Assembly: GCA_033442325.1 (NCBI GenBank)
Contig: JAWQFM010000001.1
Span: 1,046,779 to 1,110,778 of the forward strand
Source: Salpingoeca rosetta
Taxonomy: Eukaryota > Protista > Choanoflagellata
DNA length: 64,000 nucleotides
Direction: 5' to 3'
In this document: in pieces, positions 55,467 through 64,000 of the stretch
Numbering within the stretch: the first letter of the stretch is position 1
How the letters are laid out: the number at the start of each line of letters is the position of its first letter
Made by a program: the position numbers and the translations under genes
The notes under the pieces: generated by a model
The model's database searches: none
What the model saw: only the letters and a program-made list of their open reading frames with translations
What the model was told of the DNA's origin: nothing

Positions 55467-58346
55467 ATGGCGGCGTGGAGGAGACAAGAAGGAGGCAGTT
55501 GGAGGTGGCTGTGCGGAGTTGGCGGCACAATGCTGCTCCTCATGCTGTGGAGCGCGGTACTCGTTGTCCCGTCCCCTACATCATCGCTACAAGGTTCATG
55601 AATAAGAGAGAGAGCGCTTGTGTGTGCGCGTGTTGAATGTGTGTTGAATGTGTGTGTGTGTGTGTGATTGTTCAAGAGGAGCGAGCAAGCGAGCAGGGAG
55701 CAAGCGACTGTGATGTCGTCTTCCTCTTCTTCTTGGTCTTCTTCTTCCTCTTCTTCCTCTTCTTCCTCTGGTGGTGGTGGCGACAATACGTTGGGGTTGC
55801 TGTGCTATCCTTCACACTGGCGTTTTCTCCTGCAGGAGCAAAGCGGTTTGGCAACACATCATCGTGTGAGCCGTGCCCGCCCGCGTCATTCACAGGCGGC
55901 CAATCACCATGCTTCGGGCATGGTGGGTGCAAGGCTGGCTGGTGCCCAACACCACCCAAAGGCTACTCGGGACCAGGATACACACCTCCCGGTGGGAACA
56001 TCACGTACTGTACGCGCTGCACTCAAGGAACCTACCAAGACAAGTCGGGGGCCACGTCGTGCAAACTGTGCTCTCCCGGGCACGGGCCGACCAAGGTGTG
56101 TGTGTCTGCTGTGTCCGTGTGCATGTGTGTACGTTTGACCATCACTCGGATCTGCGTCATGGTGTTTGTTGTGGTGGCCTTGTGTGCGTGTGTGTGTTTT
56201 TTGAGTCCCACTTCAGCGGTCACGCAATGCTGCCTGCAATGCCCCTCCCCCAATACTGATCCTTGTGCTAGCACTTGATCGCCCCCTCTCACATATTGCA
56301 TGTTGGCTCTGGCACCAGTTTCGAACAGGGTGCGAGCGGTGCAATCCGGGCGAAGTCAGTTCGTTCACGCTGACAAACGGCATCTGCGTCAGCTGTGTTG
56401 AGCTCCATTACGGCTACCACAACTCGGCCAACCAAAGCGAATGCATTCCGTGCGAAGCGGGCACCATGTCCCTGGTTCGTTGGCATGCGTATGTCTCTGC
56501 GTGTGCGTATGTGCATGTGTACGTGCGTACCATACGTGCGTGTGTGTGTGTGTGCGTATGTGCATGCGTACGTGCGTACGTGCGTACATGCGTACATGCG
56601 TGTGCATTTGTGTGCATGTGTCCCAGTACAGCGGCTTGAACACCGCTTTGTGATGGCCTCGTCTCATGCACGAACTCGCTCACACACACACACACACACA
56701 CTCACACACACACACATACACATGCACCCACACCCACACATGCACACACATCCACACACATGCACACATGCACTCACTCACACACTCTCCCACCTCCACA
56801 TCTGTGCATGCGTTGGCCCTGGCAGGATGGTGCGACGTGCAGCGTGTGTCAGCCGGGGTTCTATTGGGATCCGCGCAAGAGGACGTGCCCCGTCGCCTGT
56901 CCCGCCGGCCGCCGCTGCACATCTGCAACGTAATGCCACCATACATACACATGTACACACATGTACACACATGCACCTACCATGGTGTTGTTGCTGCGTT
57001 TTTGTTTTGGGGATTTCCTTGCTCATTTCCATTGTTCCCATCTGCACAACCACTCAACACCACCGCCACCGCCGCGACCATCAACACCACCATCAACATC
57101 AACCCCCCCCCCCTTCTTCCGCGACACACACTCAGGGTGCCTGGGCGAAACGATACATATTGTGCAACGTGTGACGAGTGCCCGCCGGGGTCTGTCCAGC
57201 CAAAGGATGGGCGATATTCGTGCACGCTGTGCCCAACGGGAACCTTCCAGGACCTTCAAGGCCAGACTGCGTGCAAGGCGTGTGATGTCGGGTTTGTGCA
57301 GCTCGAGAAGGGCGGTGTCACGTGCATTGCGTGCCCAGCAGGATCATACTGCCCTGACAGCAGCACCATGAAGCCATGTCCTCGACACCGCTACTGCCCA
57401 CCGCAGTCCACCCGCCCCCACACGTGCCCCTCCATGTTCAAGGCAACGCCAAAGGTCGTCAGCACATGCGCATTTCATCTGCAGTTGTTTTGCTGATACC
57501 TCGCTTTGCTTGAAGGCTTGCTAGTTTGTCTGCAACCGTTTCATGCTTGCCGCATATCTTGTGTGATGCGCGGCGATGATTGGCGATGATTCACTGACTG
57601 GCTCATATGTGTTCCCATGGACCTTCTTGAATGGTTCGTCCATTTTGTAGGAGTGCAAGGCAACTGGGCAGCTGATTGCTGTCATTTCGTGTCTCTCCGT
57701 CGGTATGTTTTGCTTTTCATCTCATGCTTGCATCGAAACAAATGACAATTCGCAGCTTGAGCTGCTCCAAGCACACAAAGAGAGAGAGAGAGTGTGTGTG
57801 TGTGTGAGTGAGAGAGAGAGAGTGTGTGTGTGTGAGTGTGTGTGTGTGTGAGTGTGTGTGTGTGTGAGAGAGAAGCAGCAGCATAAAATCTTGCGACGTT
57901 ACTCACCTCTAACTGCTGTGTTTGGGTTCATTTGCGTGGCTGTGAACGTGCAGCCGGCGTTGCTGTTGTGGGGATCGTTGTGTACAGGTGGAGAAAAGCG
58001 CGCCACAAGTAAGTACTGCCATTGCCCTGCTCCGCTGTCAACTGCATCCATTTATTGTTCATTCTTCCATCGTGTTGAGTGGACCCGTCGTCCGTGCATT
58101 GACACGATATGACGTCACCGCCATCCTCACCACCATGATCATCCTCACCACCATGATCATCCTCACCACCATGATCATCCTCACCACCATGATCATCCTC
58201 ACCACCATGATCATCCTCACCACCATGATCATCCTCACCACCACCGCCACCACCACCACCATCGTGTTGTCAGACGGGAGCTGGAGCGGGAGGTGCTGCT
58301 GCGCGCACAGAAGCAGCGGCGGCGGCCCGTGTACTCGGGCCTTTAA
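55467..58346 (+). CDS. Type I membrane protein with TNFR/ephrin-receptor-like (GCC2/3-type) Cys-rich repeats and a short tail; 8 exons, about 381 aa
   Basis: Exons 55467-55593, 55836-56095, 56319-56474, 56826-56929, 57136-57454, 57651-57702, 57954-58008, 58274-58346 (1146 nt, open). Signal peptide, CxxCxxGxY/FQ repeats, TM LIAVISCLSVAGVAVVGIVVY, tail RWRKARHKRELEREVLLRAQKQRRRPVYSGL*. Confidence 0.8.
58123..58243. repeat. 18-bp minisatellite (ATCCTCACCACCATGATC)x6 plus a partial unit, intronic
   Basis: Read directly; lies in the last intron of the Cys-rich receptor gene. Confidence 0.9.
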
Positions 58347-59072
58347 CACCTCATCCTGTGGCGTGCCATGCACCACCACCACCACCACCACCACCACCAC
58401 CACCACACAATAGTACTACACCCATTCCACGTGAATGAAGGACAATCAAAGGCAGTCGTGTTCATCCATTACCGTCAACCCCTCCTCCACAACACCAAAG
58501 ACCAATCAGCCACCATTGGTCCCATTGCCCGCTTTTCCTGCTTCTCTCAAGTTGGCTTTGCCCCCTTTTTGCTTTGTAGTTGAACCAGCTCTTATTGTCT
58601 TCGTGTTTCCCCTTTCGCTGTTTGTCTTGCTCTCTCTCATGTGTGGTTGCAGGCACGGCCGGAAAGGCTGTGGTGGTTATTGGTTGGTATTGCACACGTT
58701 TGCTTGTTATTTGTTGCCGCCTGCCGATGCAGGCGTGCATATGAGAGACGTGGCTGTTTATGTTCAAATTGTACTAGCAGTGCGTTGTTGGGCACGATAT
58801 TCTTCTTCACATCAACAATGCAAGCAACACCGATAAACAGACACACAGTGGAGCTGGTATCGCAACGAGGTGGGAACAGCCCACCACACAGAATGCAAGA
58901 CACATTCACAGGTACAACGAACGACGCACACATGCACGGACACGCACGCACACAAACACCAAGGCCACACACACACGTGCGTACATGTGCACACGCATGC
59001 AGACACACAGACAGACACACAAAACAAACAGACAGACAGACACGTGCACGCAGGTTAACAACTGCGCAGACA

Positions 59073-59605
59073 TTAGTCGCTCTTCTTGCTCTTCTTCTTT
59101 TTCTTCTTCTTCGACGCTGACTTTGGTGTTCCAGCTGGGGGGGGGGGAAGGGGTTGGTGGCAAGAGGAAAGCGATTGGGCAGGGTATGAGTTAACCGGCC
59201 ATGCTTCACCACCACCACCACCATCACCACTACTATCCTCCTCCTCCTCCTCCTCCTCCTCTCATCTTCATCATCACGACATGTCCATGAACACGAAACA
59301 CACACAGCACGACATGGCTTTGCCAATTCACGTGGCTCGAGAGACGCTGTCAGGAAGCGGCCAGTGCGCGTACCTTGTTTGCTGTGTTTTGCTTTCTTCG
59401 CCGTCTGCTCTTCCTGCCCGGTGTTGTCGCCGGCGTTGCTCAGCGCGGCCTTGACAAACCGCTTGGCAGCCGCCTTGTTCACAGATGGTTGGGCTGCCAA
59501 GAGAAGTAGACATGCGCATGATAAGGGGACGGGGAAAGGGACCAGGGCAAAAGGAGATGTAGTGGACACGCATATCAGTGACAACATACATGCACAGAGG
59601 AAGGC

Positions 59606-59642
<37 letters not shown>

Positions 59643-59750
59643 TAGGCACGAAGGTAGGCACGAAGACAACCTCCAACACACAACACACACACACACACAA
59701 AGTTGCTACAAACACAACTTGCACCCTTACATGTATGCATACGTGAACTG

Positions 59751-59821
<71 letters not shown>

Positions 59822-60580
59822 CGTACCCTCGTCGCGGGCGTCTGGGTTCTCGGCCTTTTGTACGCGAGCCATGTACTCCTTGATACGATCCTGCAATGCG
59901 AAAAGCAAGGTGAGCGGATGCGGCGCGGTACAGCAAAAACAATACACAGCGATCAGCAGCAGTGAAAAAATAACTTACAAGCTCCTTGCGAACGGGGTGT
60001 GTCTTTGGGTCGATGCCTCGCGAACTCAAGAACACTACATTTCAGCATCACATCATCACAACCGCCAACAAACGATTCGCCAATGAGGAACAAATTCAAG
60101 AAAGCACATGGCAGCAAGCAAGGGCTCGCGGGAACTGAAACCACAGGCGGATAGGTAGGCATTCACTCTTCTACACGTACGTGCGCACGCTGACATATGT
60201 CACGTGACCACATCGAACACACATGCACACAAATGCACACGCACGCACACAAGCACACACACACACACACACAGACAGGAACATACTCCAGAAGAGGGAG
60301 TTCATTGTGTATGCTGTCATGAGATCCATCTTGGCAGACTCCACAGCGGTGAGCTGGCAAGGTACAACAACAGCAGCGACGAAGTCAAGGCAAAAGCATG
60401 AGGGTGTGTGCAGTGTGGTTCAGGCACAAAAGTCGCAATCACAACGCACACGCCCCAAGAACAAAGCTGAGCGCACCATCGTACCCTTGATCTCAGCTCT
60501 GCAGGATCTGCAGCTGTGAGTTCTCGCACAATCGGGTCCACCCGTTGCAGTGCTTCGTCAAGCTTGTCAACAGCCTCCAT
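59073..60580 (-). CDS. C1D: C1D / Rrp47 nuclear exosome cofactor (Sas10/C1D domain); 6 exons
   Basis: MEAVDKLDEALQRVDPIV...|LTAVESAKMDLMTAYTMNSLFW|MFLSSRGIDPKTHPVRKEL|DRIKEYMARVQKAE...|AQPSVNKAAAKRFVKAAL..., ending in a Lys-rich C-terminus. Confidence 0.92.
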
Positions 60581-60729
60581 CTTGGCTTGCGCTGGTGCGA
60601 TGCGATGTGCGCGGTGCTCTGTGTGCTCTGTGCGCTGTGCGTGCTGTGTTGTTCAAACTCAACACACGTGGCTGGGGAGCAGGTGGTTGTAGAGGAATAT
60701 GCGGTGCTTTACATAATTTTCAGCAAGGG

Positions 60730-63111
60730 ATGACCTCGCCAACTCAAGACGACGACAACTCCAACATGCAGCGTGCTGGCGCAAGGAAGGAGAAGGTGGA
60801 GGAGGAGGAGGAGGAGGAGGAGGAGGAGCGTCGCAGCGAAGAGGATGTGGTTGGACACGTGAAAGCGCTGCTCCAGCGCTGCGACCTGCCAGGCGTGACC
60901 GCGCTGTTGAATGAAACTATTCAGTTTGCATTTGGAACAGACGAGTGAGTGGGATGCTGCGCATTTGGGGGTTTGAACAGTTGAGGGGGAGCAGGGAGGA
61001 GATGTGCGTGGTTGTGCATGTGCATGTGCATGTGTATGTGCATGTGTATGTGCATGTGTATGTGCATGTGTATGTGCATCTGTGTGTGCGTGTGCGTGTA
61101 TGCGCGTGTGCGTGTGTGTGTGTGTTTATGTCTACGTGTGCGTGTGTGTGTGTGTGTGTGTGCGTGTGTCTGCGCGCGTGTGTGCGTGTGTGTATTTATG
61201 TGTGTATGTGTTGTGCGGAGGGCTTCACTTCCTACCCGCTGACGGAAAAGCGTTTCTGTTTGTTCTTGTCGTGTTGGCTCACTGGGGATGGCGCTGTCAC
61301 ATGCAGGGTGACACAGGACACGGCACTGCACCTCAATGGGCATATTTCTTCTTCACAACAAGCACAGCTGGAGAGCATAGCACACGGCGTCATGGAATTG
61401 GTGTGAAGCAGATGAGGGCAACCCTGTCGCTCACGCATTTGCGTGAAGATGTGTTGGTGTGAGTGTAGATGTGTGGGCGTGGGTGTGTGTTCTGGACATG
61501 TGAGCGTGGATGTGGGCATAGATGCGGGCATGGCTGTGGGTGGTTGCTGCATGTGCTTCACTGTCTGTGCTTCAAGGATTGCTGACACTCCTCCCCTCCT
61601 CTTCCTCCTCTTCCGGTTTTGCCTTTCTCTCTCTCCCCCCCCCCACGCTGCTGTGCTTCAGGGGATGAACGTGCTGCCGATGATCAGTATCGGGGCTGCG
61701 CCAGGCGACCTTTGCCCTCATGCCGAGGTGACCGATCTGGCCAACGGCAATCAACTTACACTGGACGCTGTCATCGGCTCCAAGGTACTCGTGGCATGTG
61801 TGCCTGCGTGTGTGTCAGTGCGTGTGAATGTTTCAGTGTGCGTGTGGGTGTGTCATTGTGTGTGCATGGGTTTGAGAGTTTGATAACAAATTCACGTCGT
61901 GCCAGCTGCTTCCGTGTGTCGATATGGTCTGCACTTGTTCTCACACAACATGCATTTTCAATGGCTTTCACTTCAGGTTGCGCTATTGGATGTCTGGGCC
62001 ACTTGGTGCGAGCCAAGCCTCGAGGTATGTAGATGGGTGTGGATGTGCTGAATGAAATGTGTGTGTGTGTGTGCTGAAATGTGTGTGTGTGCTGAAATGT
62101 GTGTGTGTGTGTGTGTGATGATGCAATGTACGTGTATGTACGAGGCAGGGTCGAGCGAAAGGTGGTGGGCGTTTTCTTCCCATTGTCACGCGAGTCTCCC
62201 CGTGCTGCTGTCTGTGGGTTTAGGCATTGGGGGAGTACGACAAGCTGTTGAGTGAGCACGAGAGCTGGGAAGACAGCGTGTGCATCGCAACTGCGAGTTT
62301 GGACGACACACCGTCGGAGGCGACCGCCACCATTGCAAAGGTGCCGTGCAGTGGTGGTGCACTTTGGCTGAGCGTGCGCTGCTGCGCTGTGTACAGTGGG
62401 GAAAGGTTTCACAGTCATCCCTCGACACCTCACACCTTCCACCTTTTCCCATCCCTCGTTGCCGTCCGCACTGCATCTGCGCAGATGGCATGCGAGCGAC
62501 CGCGACATCTCTGGCTCGGCCGCGAAGCGTGCGACACCTACCTCAGCCTCAGCTGTGCGTGTACTGCGTGTGTGCACGTGCGTGTGTGCGTGCACTGCGA
62601 GCTGATGTTTTGTCTGCTTTCGGCTTTGCAGCATGCTCACATCACACACACACACGTGCACACCCCCCGCCCCAAAACACACGCACACACATGCATGCAC
62701 GCCAACCTCTCCTCCTCTGCCTCCTCCTCGTCTTTCTTTGCCACCACCACCACCACCACCCCTGTGCACGTGTTGGCCTTGTGACAGCGCTGCCTGCATG
62801 GTTTCTTTTCAAGGAGGGTCGCATTGTGTGGCGTGGGCACCCGGCCAGCATCGACCTGGACGCGTCCATCACATCGCTCCTCTCTGGCGGAGACGTGGTG
62901 GAGGTGGAGAGCGATGAAGCGCGCATTGGCGACGTCGAAGGACTGCCAAATGTGGAGAATCTGTCCGATGAGGACATGCTCGAGTTCTGCCAGGCCCTGC
63001 AGGTTAATTCTTGCTTGTGTGTGTGTGTGTGTGTGGTTGTGCTGTTTGTCTGGTTGTGTTTTGTGTATATGGGTGTGTGGAATGCGTGTATGCATGTACA
63101 TGTGGGTTTTG

Positions 63112-63145
<34 letters not shown>

Positions 63146-63679
63146 CTTTGTGTACCTTCCTCTCATGTTGCTTTCCGTCCTCGCTCACCACACCACTGCT
63201 CTCTGCGTTCGTGCTGTCGTCCAATAGGAAAAAACGGCCGCGCTGTCGCTGCCAGAGGACAGCGTCTCCTGCTGCGTTGAAAACTCCATCGTCATCTCCT
63301 CAACAGGTACATGCAGTGTGTGTGTGTGTGTCTGTCTGTGTGTGTGTGTGTGTCTGTGTGTGTGCGTATAGCCCTCGCAGTGTGCCCTTGCATGCGGCTC
63401 ATGTGTTTTTGCGTTGTGACTGCAATTACAGACACGAAGAAGACGCGACGCGTCATCCTGACGGGACCAAAGCAGTTTGTACGTTGTGTGTGTGTGTGTG
63501 TGTGTGTGTGCGCACAGATGGTGTTCTTCCAGACCGTATCTTCGTTCCACTGACTTGAGTGCACACTTCTCATCCCACTGCTTGCACCACCACTTTTTCA
63601 GGAGCCTGCGTGCGCTGACCTGGCCACCTTCATTCGCAGCAAGATTGCAGGCAACGTCCTCATCTCCTTTGCAGACTAG
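60730..63679 (+). CDS. TlpA/redoxin-like thioredoxin-fold protein with a CxxS active site; about 10 exons
   Basis: Spliced: [29 protein letters not shown]|[16 protein letters not shown]|[18 protein letters not shown]..|..HLWL..YLSLS|[19 protein letters not shown]; ends ..[12 protein letters not shown]. Confidence 0.82.
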
Positions 63680-64000
63680 TGCCATGCATGTGTGTGTGTG
63701 TGTGCGTTGAAGTCTGATGACAGTGCCAATGCGCATGTGGGTGTTGATTGACACATGACGGACATGGTGAGAGGCAAAACGAACAACGCAACACAAACGA
63801 CGCAAAGCAGCAACAAGGAGGGGAAAAAAAGCGGACACAGCATTCATCCACGCAACAACGATGATGAGCCAGCACAACAACAAGGATGATGAGCGTGAGG
63901 CTGTGGTGGACCAGGAAGCGGGCATAGGAGTGACTGCCCTCGTGGATGTCTTGTGCACGCCCGTGCAGGAGGAAAAGAGAAGGAAGAAGAAGACGAAGAA

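Noticed and set aside
58123-58243. 18-bp repeat array as a CRISPR-like or coding (ILTTMI)n repeat
   Set aside because: Head-to-tail units with no spacers, no cas genes, eukaryotic context; it lies in an intron.

Overview
Intron-rich, GC-rich eukaryotic DNA with abundant (TG)n/(CA)n microsatellites in introns and two assembly gaps. The style fits a choanoflagellate such as Salpingoeca, which is inference only. Most ORFs in the track are microsatellite or antisense artefacts. Manual GT-AG splicing gives about 13 genes: midasin/Rea1 (5'-truncated), a KLHDC1/2-like Kelch Cul2 receptor, an acidic-tailed hypothetical protein, an N-acetylneuraminate lyase-like enzyme, a divergent two-pore-domain (plant TPK-like) channel, a DEAD-box helicase, a highly degenerate tubulin-fold protein, a PARP-type ADP-ribosyltransferase, ERG2/sigma-1, KIF3B-like kinesin-2, a Cys-rich type I membrane protein, C1D/Rrp47 and a TlpA-like CxxS thioredoxin. 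The most unusual items only become clear after splicing: the TPK-like channel with both selectivity filters rewritten (TVFWGD, TSLPTT), and the tubulin-like protein lacking the GTP-binding motifs. All homologies were recognised by eye; no searches were run.
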